NCBI GenBank assembly: GCA_032718475.1
Contig: JAUCBJ010001327.1
Span: 6,209 to 70,208, forward strand
Length of the DNA stretch: 64,000 nucleotides
Direction: 5' to 3'
From: Nemertoderma westbladi
Taxonomy: Eukaryota > Animalia > Xenacoelomorpha
Shown here: piece by piece, positions 27,032 through 39,285 of the stretch
Layout: each line of letters begins with the position of its first letter
How positions within the stretch are numbered: the first letter of the stretch is position 1
Notes under the pieces: generated by a model
What the model was told of the DNA's origin: nothing
Databases searched by the model: none
The model's input: only the letters and a program-made list of their open reading frames with translations
Program-made: the position numbers and the translations under genes

Positions 27032-28611
27032 TTAATAGATTTCAGTTTCTTTATTGCGCAGTAGGCAATAAATAGATTTTGTCTAATGTTCTGGTAGAAC
27101 ATTAAAAGATTTAGACTCTTTATTGCGCAGTAGGCAATAAAATCAAACGTACCGGTCGGACGGTAAACTGTAGGCCTATTAACCCGAACCGGTACTTACC
27201 CAGTATTATTTCGATTGTGAAATATTGTATATTATAGGCTGTTAGGGGATTAAGGATTGATCACCCCTTATTCCTTTGTATGGTTTACTTATTTCTGTCA
27301 GTTTTATTTATCGGTAAGTGTAATATTGAGCAGAAGGTGTGTAAGCCTGCTCAGATTGTATAAATAATTTGTAGGCCGGATTGTTGTCTAACTGTTGTTA
27401 GGTCTCAGGCGATTGCAGTGTATGTAGAGTGTCTGTCCGATAAAGTGCTAGTTAGGAAGGTGGAGGCATCCAGTGCTGTAAGGTAAATCCTCCACGAAAG
27501 AATAAGTCGTACTACGTAGTTAAAACGCCTACTAACTAACCATTTCGGAGTTTGCATATACTGTAGTTTATTTAGGCTTGATAGTAGTCTGCCAGCATTT
27601 GGTCTGTGTTTTATTTAAATAGTCTGTGTGGGTAGCGTAATATTTATTATTCAGAGTTTATGCAAGTATTTGCAACCTACAACTCCCCAAGTTTATTCCT
27701 TACAGTAATTATGCTAGTTATGCATACCGTTATAGTTAAATTAACCCTGGTACTACTTCAGGGCTGCTTGGCATAGGTAAAGACTGGTGATTTTGTGCTC
27801 CGGTCACTCCAGCAGATACCGTGGTTCTTTTGGCTGTTTACGTATATTTAACTGCTAGTTATATGTTGTATAAGTACTTGTACCTAATTTAGGGTTTAGA
27901 GTACAGTGCTTTCCTGAAAGTAATTTAGTGTGTAGGCATTATATTTGTGTTGTAACGTGTTTAATAGGTCCGTTAGCTCTGGTTGGCTTCGATAATTAAC
28001 CTCTAGGTATAGGACACTCCGGGTACATAACATAGTGCTTATAGTTTAAGACTATAAGCCGTCAGATGGTGGTATTTCCTTATCTGGACAACGCAACTTA
28101 CTTAATACTACTTTATTGGTTTCAAATACCGTAATTTCCTGTCAGTTTGTAAGAACCAGATATTCTAACTCCTTGTTAGTCTGGTTCGTAAATTTCTTGT
28201 TAAATTACCCTAAAAATTGTACGTGTAACTTGTTTATTGTTTATTTAGAGATTGTGTAATCTCAACCCGTTACGTAAGTAATTTGTAGTGATAAATAACT
28301 TAGTTAAGTAGAATTATCAGTATTAGTGTCTAACAAGTAGCACTCCACTGAGAGCATCAAGCTTCTGTGTAGTGACTTCTTACACAGAAATAATAACATT
28401 TATTTCAAATATTGTCAAAACCCATTACGGGTATATATATATATATTTATAAATTAATTCAATCAGATTTATAAAATAATAGGCCTGTTATACATCAATT
28501 AGGTCTTAATATCAGTTGAACTACTGCTTAATATCAGTAATAAAGTAAAGGGAAGGAATTCCTAAAATTTGGAAAATCAGTTATTATTAAATAATTGACA
28601 TTACCGGTATT

Positions 28612-31600
28612 TGGACTTCACCCCATTAGTGACGGAGCCAAATTTATTTTGGACTCTTTAGATGCGGAGATATTAGCTGTGGAGCAGGCTAAATTTGACG
28701 AAAGCATTCTCATCGCAATGGACAAAGAAGAACAAATAAAGAAAAAGCAAATAGAAGACCGAAAGGTAGCAGCAGCGGCGGCAGCGGTGGCAGCGGCAGA
28801 AGCTGAAAGAAAAGCGGCAGTGGCAGCGGTAGCGGCAGAAGCTGAAAGAAAAGCAGCAGCGGCAGAGGCTGAAAGAAAAGTAGTAGCGGCAGAAGCTGAA
28901 AGAAAAGCGGCAGCAGCAGCGGCAGTGGTAGAAGCAGAAAGGAGGGCATCGGAAGCGACAGCCCAACTAGAGTTGGAGAACCTTCAGGCGAAACAAGATT
29001 AATTAAATAAACAAAGAGCAGCTACTCAGATGCAACTACTGAGTCGATCTACTCCCAGAAGACAGGGATTTACCTCCTCGGATGAAAGAGATACAACTGA
29101 TCCCGAGGGTAAAAGTAATAAATCTCGTTCAAACGGACGTAGAAGAGCGCCCCACCGGCATAAGTTGCCTAACTTACCCCCTGCGGTGAGAAGGGAGCTA
29201 GCTAGTGTAGACTTAAGTAATCGAGAGCCAACAGCCCAAATTATTAGAGTAGAAAGACTTCCTACTATAGTAGATTAGCCAGAAATAATTAGGCCTGTTG
29301 GTGAAGCCACTCCCTTGATAGAGACCCCTTTGCTCCAAGAACCTAACTCTAAATTCCCTTTGCACAGTACCAAACTACCTGTGCCCAGTAGACAACTGCT
29401 GGAATCCCAAACAGTCCTGGACGCCGAGTAAGACATTATAAACAAATTTGTCTCCCATCGTCCCGATGCGCCATCCAGCTACTACGTTGGCGACTCCCAC
29501 CTCCGCGGTTGAGTGGATGGACGAGGGACGATGGGGGATGGAGCAGTTGCTCGGACAGCTCAATGATAATAAACTTGAGTCTTCCAAACAAGGAATTGAA
29601 AGGGACTGTTCAATTGTTAAAGGGAACAGTAAGTTAGAGTTAGTAGGTTAGAGCTGCAAGAAGTACAGCAAAATATCGCTCTAGAGCGCGATAAATTAGT
29701 AAATATACAAATGGGTATACCACCACCCCCTGTAACAATGTGTCAGCCCGTTAGGTCTGAAGTATTTCATGCGCAAGGTGTTGATACTGATATCCCATAC
29801 AGATCTGATAATAATCCGAGAAATTTATATACCGATAATTCGATATTAAATAATACGATAGCTCAAGAAAGTTTTCACGTCAGATGGCTAGAACTGAAGC
29901 CCGTCAAGCGGTAAAAGTGGGAGAGGTCGTCAAGTTCAATGGAGATGAGATGAAATGGTTACCTTTTAATGAATATTACAAAGATAACATACAGAACTCT
30001 GTACTATCCAACGGAGAGAAACTACGATTCCTCATCAAATGCTTGGAAGGACCTTCCAAGTTAATGGCGTTAAAGTTTATTGGATATCCGGATGGATTGA
30101 GACAAGTTTGGGAAACATTAAACATCAGGTATGGTAATAGGACTAACATAGCTAGGTATCTGTATGCGAAATTAGTAGCGCCCCGAAAGTTTCTTAGCAG
30201 CGGGATTATAGAGTTTTCCGATGAGATTCAGGAGATCTGTAGACAGCTAGACTGGTTAGGTAAGTCTCAGGAATACCAGAGTTCTATGGTTGTTGGAGCC
30301 GTAGCTTCAACTTTGCCAAATGGTGGAGTAGGTACTCGCTGGGACAATCTCGCTGGGTTCTCTATTTAATGGACCAACAACATAGAGACCCTACAATGGC
30401 TGATCTCATGTCGTTCTTAAACGGAGAGGTAAGATTACAGCTCCTAAAACAGTCTAGAGAGAAGACACCGGAAAGTAAGGTAAGTGAAAAACCCGTTACT
30501 AGGAGAAAGGTAACACCAGTGTGTTATACAGATGATTGCGAAAGCCAAACGTCATATGACGAGAATAGCGGCAAGGACACCGAAAGATCTTATTATGTCA
30601 ACAAAGTTAGGAAAGATGTAAGTAAATCTAAGTCTCGAACCAGTGACAGGAGAGAACAGGTAACAACTCCCCCTACATCTCCTAAGAGAATTCATGGAAG
30701 CAAGCCCAAAGAAAGAGCTAGCGTACACAACACGACGCAGGTTAAGGTAAGTAACATCAAACCTAAGTGTGTATTGTGCGACGGGCCACATCGCTTGAGT
30801 GGGTGTGATGAATTCTTAAAGAAAACATTGAAGGATAGATGTGATGTCATGTGGGATAAACAGTTGTGCTATAACTGCCTCAGGCCAGGACATCAACGAA
30901 GAACCTGCTACTCAGACGCGAGGTGTGCTAAGTGCGGCGCGAAACATCATATCTTGCTGCACACCGAGTTTGATAGGACCCGTACGAGTCAGGTGAGTGA
31001 GCCCAAACTACATGTCCAATTCAGTGATATGAACGACACTGACCACAGTTCGGAGATGGAAGGATTCTGCACTGATGAATTTTCAGACGAAAATGAATCC
31101 TGTTATATGATCAACACAACTGTGTATCGAGCACTTACGTATGAGACCGAAACGGAGAACCCCAACTGTCTATTCCAGATCGACAGCTCTCTGGTAAAGC
31201 CCCAACATCATCTGTCGGTATCCATAGAGTTTCCCGTAGTGCAACTGAGGGTCCATGGGATAGGGAAGAGCTTAATAGTGAACGCCCTCCTTGACTCCGG
31301 CAGTACAGGCACTTTTATAGACAAAGACCTAGCCGAAGATATCTTTGCTGGTCAACCAAAGTTCCGAACCAAACTGAACCTTTCCGGAATTATGCAGGTT
31401 TGGAAATCCACAGTATCAACAGATTACTATGTGGGTTCGTTGTCCACTCCCCAAGATGAACTCAGAGAAAATAGTGTAAGGTCAGTCAAGATGGTGGCGA
31501 TAAAGAACTTTGCTACTAGCCAAGTGGAGCCTTACAACTGGGACGAAGATCATTTTACCCAGCAATACAACATACCTAGATTCAATACCGATTATCCAGG

Positions 31601-34600
31601 GGTACAGATTTTTCTCGGCCAAAATGTGCGCGAGGCGCTTGAGACATTAGAAAAACGGCCTGCTCGACCGCGACCACTCCAGATGTACGCGGGAAGAACA
31701 AGAGTAGGTTGGTACTTCACTGGACCTTCCCATAGGACTTTACTAGAAAGACTCCCGAGGGAACAAGTCCACCAGGTAAACAAGTGGGAGGAAACTATAA
31801 GTGAAGAAGAAATTCCAGCTGAGGAAACTCTATACTCCTCAGATAACGACGACATATGTAATTTATATGAAGAGGAAAATACCATTGAACTCCTCACTGA
31901 GAACCAAACTTGGTTAAAACAGGTCAACTTATGTAACCTTATCAGTCAACATAGCAAACAATTGACGTATGATGATGAATTAAATGAAGCGGTAGAGCGG
32001 TATAATAGTAAAATACGCAATGAACACGCCGTACGATTCTTTACTCAAGAAGCGGTAGAGCCTAATTCCTACGATAAAGCATTATCGGTCGAGGAAGAGA
32101 GAGCCAAGCAGATTCAGGAAACAACCACACGTTATCTGAAAGATGAAGGTCGTTATGAGATTGGTCTGCCATTCCAACGGAGAGAACCCAGCTTCGTGAA
32201 TAACCGACCTTTAGCGGAAAGAAGAATCGCACAACTTCATCGGCGTTTGACGGCTAACGATCGAGCCAAGGAAATGTATAAAACTCAATTGAAGAAGTTT
32301 ATAGACAAGGGATATGCGGAGCGAGTTCTGGAAGAAACACCCATAACGGAGAGAATGTATTATTTGACACATCATTACGTTCCCAAGCCCAGTAAACCAA
32401 ACGAAGTCCAGGTAGTGTTTGAAGGCTCCGCCCTTTATATGGGACAATCCCTAAATTCCGAACTGTTGCTGGGACCCAACTTACTTCAATCTTTGTTGGG
32501 AATATTACTACGACTGCGGCAATATTCGATCGCCTTCACTTCCGACATCGAAGGCATGTTTCTACAAGTAAAAGTGTTAGCTAGGGATCGACACAGCCTA
32601 CGATTTCTGTGCTGGCCTGAAGGAGACCTAAACCGAAAACTGGTAGAGTACTGGATGATGATCCAGGCTTTCGGGATCGTCTCGAGCCCCTCGAACGCTT
32701 GTTCGGTAGTGCGTACCACTGACGATCACAACAGAGACGCCTTATCTAACTGGTTATTGACAACATCAAACGGGATATTTACATGGACGACAATTTAAAG
32801 TCCCTCCCATCGGTGGAAGAAGCAATTGATGTTGCCAAGGGAATGGTAGAGTGCTTACAACGCGGTGGATTTCGTCTAACCAAATTCACTAGTAACTCCA
32901 GTGAGTTCCTGGAATCGATCCCAGTAGAAGACCGAGGTGTTAAAGACCTGGACCTCAGTAAGGACGATCTTCCAGAAACCAAAACGCTTGGATTAAAATG
33001 GGACACAGAGAGAGATATTCTATTCTTTTAATTAAAGCAACGAGATAATCCAGTCAGAACTAAACGGATTTGTCTAAGTATCCTGAGCACTTATTTCGAT
33101 CCGTTGGGATTCATTAGCCCAGTCATACTAGTTGCTCGGAGCTTAGTACAACAAATGTGGTTCGAAAACCACTCGTGGGATGATCCAGTCAAGAGAGAAC
33201 TGCTAAAGAAGTGGATGAAATGGAAAATTATTTACCATCTATCGAAAACTTTAAGATTTCCCGCTCATATTTCGGTCACGTTCTCCCCACGTATTCCTAT
33301 CAACTCCATGTTTTTGGAGACGCCAGCGATATGGGAATAGGTATAGTAGCCTACCTGAGGGTTGAAACTCCCGATGGAATTAAGGTTTCATTAGTCGCCT
33401 CTAAAGCCCTAATAAACAACAAACTGCGAGTACCCAGAGTGGAGTTAAAGGCGGCTTTATACGCTACTGCCATCGGCCGGAATGTAACGGAACAGATCGA
33501 CTATCCACTAGAGAAAACTGTCTATTGGACTGATGCTTTACTCGTTCTGGAGTATATAACTAATGAAGTCTGCCAATTCAGCGTCTTTGTTACCAACAGA
33601 GTAGCCATTATACTCAGTCGCTCTAATATAGATCAATGGAGACATTGCCCTGGGACGATTAATCCAGCTGACATCGTTTCCAGAGGTGCACCTCCTCAAG
33701 AATTGATAGATACTCCAGACTGGTTAGGTGGACGCGACTTCCTGAGTAAAGAAGAGGAGGAATGGCCCCCTCATCTCATCACAGCGGAGATCAGACAAGC
33801 CAAGGGAGCGGAGAAAGTCAAACCGAAAACCCGGACGAGTAAATCAAAGTTATTTAAGCCAGTGATAGATCTGTCTGTGCTACATGCCTCCGGTGACGAC
33901 GCTGAGGATCTAAACTCACCCGTGGATGATACCAGAGCTATAAATAAATCCGTTATAGAAATCAGGGAAAGAGACTGGAAATCTGAAACACCAGATGTCT
34001 CGCAAGGACTCTCTCCTCTCCTACAAAGAGCGATAGATCATTACAGCTCCTGGAATCGGCTTTGCAAGGCCATTGTGTATCTGAAAAGATGTTTCCATCA
34101 TCACTATTCCAGGACGAAGATCGCTAGTGATACCGCTCCAGTAGTATCTGAAAAGGTCCTTGCTACTAAAGATCTTCCCACTTATAGAGTGTCTGATAAA
34201 TTTCTGACTGAGAAGATCAGATACCAAGAACATGATGATACCAATAAGCAGATACTGAGACTCCTGCAATGTTACGAAGATTCTGAGTATTTCCTGTTGT
34301 TGAGAAATCCACAGATGCGCTTAAGGGATCGTTTCTCTAGCACAATGATAGGTGGGTTAATATGTGTTGGAGGGAGATTAACTAATGCGCCATTGTCCTT
34401 TGACACTAAGTTTCCCATACTCATTAGAAATCTTGAAATACAAATCAAGATGATTGTAGATGTTCACAGTAAGCTTTACCATGCTGGTAGAGAACGAGTT
34501 CCTAGCGAAATTCGAACTCGCTATTATTTCCATAAGCCCCATAGAGATCTAAACGAAGTTCTTAGGAACTGTATACCCTGTAGGAAAGCATTTAGTAGGC

Positions 34601-35676
34601 CTTTAACACAGCGAGAGGCAGAATTACCTAGGGAACGAGTAAGCTGTTATGAACCACCCTTTACTAATACTGGTGTGGATTTATTTGGCCCTATTGAAGT
34701 ATACCGTGCTAGGACTATAGTCAAGCGATGGTGCGACATCTTTGTTTGTATGACTTGTAGAGCGATCCATCTAGATATGGTAAATGATCTATCTACAAAC
34801 AGCTTCATACTGAGCTTACGCCAACAAATCGCTCGTTTTGGGACTAGCAACACTATGAGATCTGACAAAGGAACAAATTTCATTGGCGCCAATAACGAGA
34901 TCAAAGCTTACGTAAAGGATTGGAACCAAAGACAGATGGACGATCAGCTACGAGTAACAGCATCTAGCTGGACCTTCAACACCGCCGAAGCCCCTTGGTG
35001 GGGAGGAAGTTGGGAGAGACTCATACGAATTGTGAAGACCGCATTTTACTTTATAGTGCCGTGACGAGCGTATCTCACCGACGAACTTTTGCGGACGCTA
35101 ATGGAAGAAATCGCCGCCTATCTCAACGAGAGACCGCTTATGCCAGTCTCCTCTAGTCCCGACTCCCTAGGAGCGCTAACACCCGCGCATTTCCTACTAA
35201 AGAAACCTGTAGCCATGCTCCCACAATCGGAAATCACGGACGGAGATGAATACTGCCGACGAACTTGGCAACTTATGCAGTTATTATCCCGTCGTTTCGC
35301 TGACCATTTCAAAAAACATTATCTTCCTACGCTACAACTTCGAACAAAGTGGTTTGCGCAGCAAGAGAACGTCAGCGCCGGATACATGGTCCTTATCGTG
35401 GAATCAGATCTTCCCCGTAAGAGGTGGCAGACAGGTCGTATCATCGAGACTCATATATCCGATGATGGTTTAGTGCGATCGGTAGAACTCGTCGTCATGC
35501 GACGTAACTTTAAGAAACCTGGAATTGTGTTCGAAACACAACAACTTAATCGCCCGGTTGGTCGTTTATGTTTACTGGAAAGAGACCGAGAGTTGTCCGG
35601 TAACTATGGAAGGCAAGAGACTCTTCCCACGACCACCTCCCTAATCCAACAAACATCTAGGGACTCCGCAATGTAA
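28612..35676 (+). pseudogene. Element B gag-pol polyprotein, disrupted (Gag, 3 zinc knuckles, protease, RT, RNase H, integrase, DUF5641-type tail)
   Basis: KFNGDEMKWLPF; CVLCDGPHRLSGC, CYNCLRPGHQRRTC, CAKCGAKHHILLH; ALLDSGSTGTF; SDIEGMFLQV; YMDD at ~32780; LHVFGDAS, VPRVEL, YWTDA, NPADIVSRG; HAG...CIPC, VDLFGP, SDKGTNF, WERLIR; YLNERPL, LTPAHFL, YLPTLQ.R.KW. Several stops and frameshifts; the Gag start is deleted relative to element C. Confidence 0.95.
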
Positions 35677-35695
35677 CAGCGTTTGGAGTGGGTGT

Positions 35696-37592
35696 CCCAG
35701 TGTCCTGTGATGTCACCTTATGACAACTGTCCTGTGATGTCATCAGTGATGTAATAAAGGGTTTTAAACACGGCGGGACCAGTACTAATCTGTCATTAAG
35801 TGCGCTTAGCGACCGGCAATTATTAGAAGTTAATGTCCAATTAAATGGGAACATTTGGCGCAGTCTTCAAAGCATAAATACACAAATGGGTCTCTTGAAG
35901 AAAGGAAAGTCAATACCCAAGAGAAGAACAGAAGGTGATCAATGTGTGGATTCAGAAGATGGTGAACTTAATATTAAACCAGCATCGACATCAGAAGAAT
36001 TAAATGAGCTACTAAAGAATGTGGAGCTGAAGGCATATTTAATAGACGAAGGTGGAAAAAACCTAAAAGACGCTGTTAGGCGACAGTTGAAGTGTTTATT
36101 TACACGAGAAATGGCGAGCCAGACTTCATTTAGTGGAAAATCATCAAAGGGTCAAAAAATATCCTTAGTTGAAATGGGCGTAGTTTCATTACTAATGAAT
36201 GTGAATAAAAAACGTGATGGGTATACAAAGGCAAACGTTGAAACGGAAATAAAGTCCGCTATACACAGAATGAGCGACAGGCGCGTTTTTGCTGTGGATA
36301 AGGTTGATGGTGAAGTGCAAACGGGAACGTCAACAGCGACGACGTTGTCGACTGGAGTCGGCGACATGATGGGAGAGGTTCATGGTGAACAAAACCAGCA
36401 GAGGAATGGGAAAACAAATAATAAGAGAGTGAGGAGCTTATCTTCATCTAGTAGTGAGGTGTAGATGTAGAAATGGGCCGAAACTGTGAAATCTTATAAG
36501 ATATAAGATTATACAGTATTTGGTAATGGAAATATTATGTAACTATTTAGGTGCAAGAGGGTGTATAATCTTGTGTGATGCTGATGACATGGTATATAAT
36601 ACATTTAAGTGTAATTTTCTTGTATTTGTAATAATTCTTTAATGAAAAAATAAAACTTGTCTTTTTGTCTTATATGGCCCTTTTATTTATTATTTTCTTA
36701 TAAATAATCTTTCAATGGTGAGAATGGTTTACATACCATAGTATAATAATATATAATAAATACGTTAAATATTACAAATTGAAAGATATACTATTATTCA
36801 AAAAATCTGATTTATCATTAACTTTGGTTTTATAATCCTATATTCCCTTGTTCTATCTTCGTTTAAGACCCATAAGAAGAGACTCCTATAAGAGCCACTG
36901 TATAGAGAAAACGCATTGCATAGGTACTTTGACTTGGTACTTTGATTTTTCGTCCTACCAGACAAGCACCAATAATCATAGTTGTGTTACCACATATGAT
37001 TTTTATCGAGTTGTATCGTGATCAGCGACCTCGAAAACCAGTATATCTTCAGAATTAGCAAACCAAAGGCAAAATTTAACAGTTTATAATTTTGTGCACT
37101 TGTACTTTTCGTTCTGGGTCACCAGAATGGCACCAAAATTGGGTTTGCATTACCAGAAATATTTATAACTAGTTCATCGTGATCAGCGACCTCGAAAACC
37201 TGTATACGTTCAGAATTATCAAACCAAACACAAAATTGTTTAGTTTGACATTTTTTAACTTGTAGTTTTCGTCCTGGGGACCAAAATAGAACCAAAAGTT
37301 ATGGTTACCTTGCCAGATAATATTGTTAACAAGTTTTATCGTGATCAGCGACCTCGAAAACCCTTATAACCCGGGCCAGATGTTGGGAGTGGGGGGGGGG
37401 GGGGTAGACCTGACAATATTTAATGCGCATCACAGGCTTCACGCATTCCCCACGCACCACAATCGCATGCGCACAACGGACGCGTTACGCATGCGTATCG
37501 CAGCCCAATGCGGGTGACACTTTCCACATGCGATACGCATGCGTTTTTTGTGCGTGACCCGCATGCGTATCGCATGAGAATTTTTGACTGGG
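35696..37592. mobile_element. CCCAG-ended DNA transposon derivative (probably CMC/EnSpm type) nested just 3' of element B pol
   Basis: CCCAGT...ACTGGG ends with a 2-bp GT duplication. The empty site GGGTGTGTGACT is present in element C (reverse strand, ~51217-51228). The right end resembles the terminus of the 19834-20763 element. Confidence 0.85.
35886..36464 (+). CDS. Transposon-borne DUF4806-like (BEN-related) protein or exon
   Basis: Open 192-aa frame with GGKNLKDAVRRQLKCLFTREMASQTSFSGK...VETEIKSAIHRMSDR, matching my recollection of the DUF4806 pattern. It lies inside the nested element. Confidence 0.6.
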   Translation: MGLLKKGKSIPKRRTEGDQCVDSEDGELNIKPASTSEELNELLKNVELKAYLIDEGGKNLKDAVRRQLKCLFTREMASQTSFSGKSSKGQKISLVEMGVVSLLMNVNKKRDGYTKANVETEIKSAIHRMSDRRVFAVDKVDGEVQTGTSTATTLSTGVGDMMGEVHGEQNQQRNGKTNNKRVRSLSSSSSEV

Positions 37593-38097
37593 GTGTGACT
37601 ACATTATTTTATTTTTTTTATTTTTATATTTATGTATGCATTATTATGTAATTTTTATTAATATAATCGTTTTCTTTAATTTTATTTAGTAGAATAATAT
37701 TTTAACGATTATTCAGTAGATTAGTGCAATATATTCGTGTTTTATTACTTAATTACTTAGTATAATATATTTCGTTTAACGGCGAGAAATAATTCATTTT
37801 CTCTTTCCTTACTGTCCGTATCATACTATAAATACGTGACTACAGTAAGATGAAATGTCAGTACTTATTAAAGTACAATATACCGCCCCTACTATACTTA
37901 AGTATTATTGGTAAGTAGAGTATTAGGAATGTAAAGTTCAGATCCTCGTGTCTCGGCTAAACCAAGCTCTGGGTAGACCTTGGAAACGACTTGCCTCTTC
38001 TCACTGACATTGCTTCTTGCAATATTGCTCTCATACCGTATCTTAAATAATACATATAGTAGAATGATGTCCATTTAACAGTAGCGTTGAAACGCAA

Positions 38098-38490
38098 AAA
38101 TAAATCTGTTAAACCCTTTGACCATCTGAAATTCTAGTCGATTAAGATATCGCGGCACCCACCGATATACTTGAAAGACAAAATTCTAGAATCAGTGGTT
38201 AACGTCCCCAGACATGTTCTGGAATAAATCGGTGCCCATCCTAAATATTAAATATTTGATAAATATTTACAATGTTTGTTATAACAAATGTTGAAATAGA
38301 GGAAATACTAACAAATTAAATTTGAAATTTTATAAATAAATCTGTTAACCTTTGATCCTCTAAAATTCTAGTCTATTAAGATATCGTAGTACTTACCGAT
38401 ACTCTTAAAAGGCAAAATTCTGGAATTAAGGATCCTAGTCCCCAGACATGAGCTGGAATAAAATTGTGTCTATCTTAATATCAAATAATC
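38098..38490 (+). other. Duplicated ~155-bp putative structured RNA element in the pol-to-accessory-ORF spacer of element B
   Basis: Two diverged copies (~38098-38255 and ~38334-38490) with nested inverted repeats. Both are conserved in element C at ~50410-50725 (minus). Confidence 0.7.
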
Positions 38491-39285
38491 AAATTCATGG
38501 GAATAAATTTTGAATTCATATCCTCTCATGAATTTAATAAATTGTCATTTTATGCAATTTATAAACATTCCCAAAATTCCATTAATTAATAGATCACGGG
38601 AGCGGAGATTCACCCTATTAAGTATATCAGTGTGAGAGAATCTCCAGTGTATAGTCAATAGCCGATAAAATTCATAAAATCATGTATAAGGGGAATATTG
38701 ACAATTAAAGAATCACTATTAAATAGCATCCCAGATCTGTATGCATGAGAAATACCCTATTTCTACCGCTAGCTTTGCATAATGTCACCATAGTAACAAC
38801 CACGCTAGAATTAGAAGTGAGATAAAAGAACAATAGAAAGCTTGCCCCATTGAATAGCATGCGGAATAAATAGCACCTTGCTAGTATCTAGGGATACATA
38901 ATAATAATGTGACATTCTGGAAGGCATTTGACTAACAGACAAATGGCCCTAATTTGTACAAATTGTGGCAGGAATGTGGAATTTGTGTATTTATAGGTGA
39001 ATGTTACTACTAAAGTGTGTTTACAGTAGCGAGTCGCAATTGTGAAAGTTACTCTGCATCTGTAGCAAGTACCTCCAGTATATCCAAGCCCTTGGGACGG
39101 ACAGTGGAGTGACTCGTGCTGGTTATTGTTGTTGTTGTGTAGCTACTACGTTGGCGAGAGGCACAGCTACGACAGTACATCAGCGCTGAGGATCTCACGC
39201 TGTCTGGGGGCATAGAGGGGGAGGCAGCGACGACCGCTAGCCTTATTATTAGTAACTATAATATCGATAAACTCATATAACAGCT

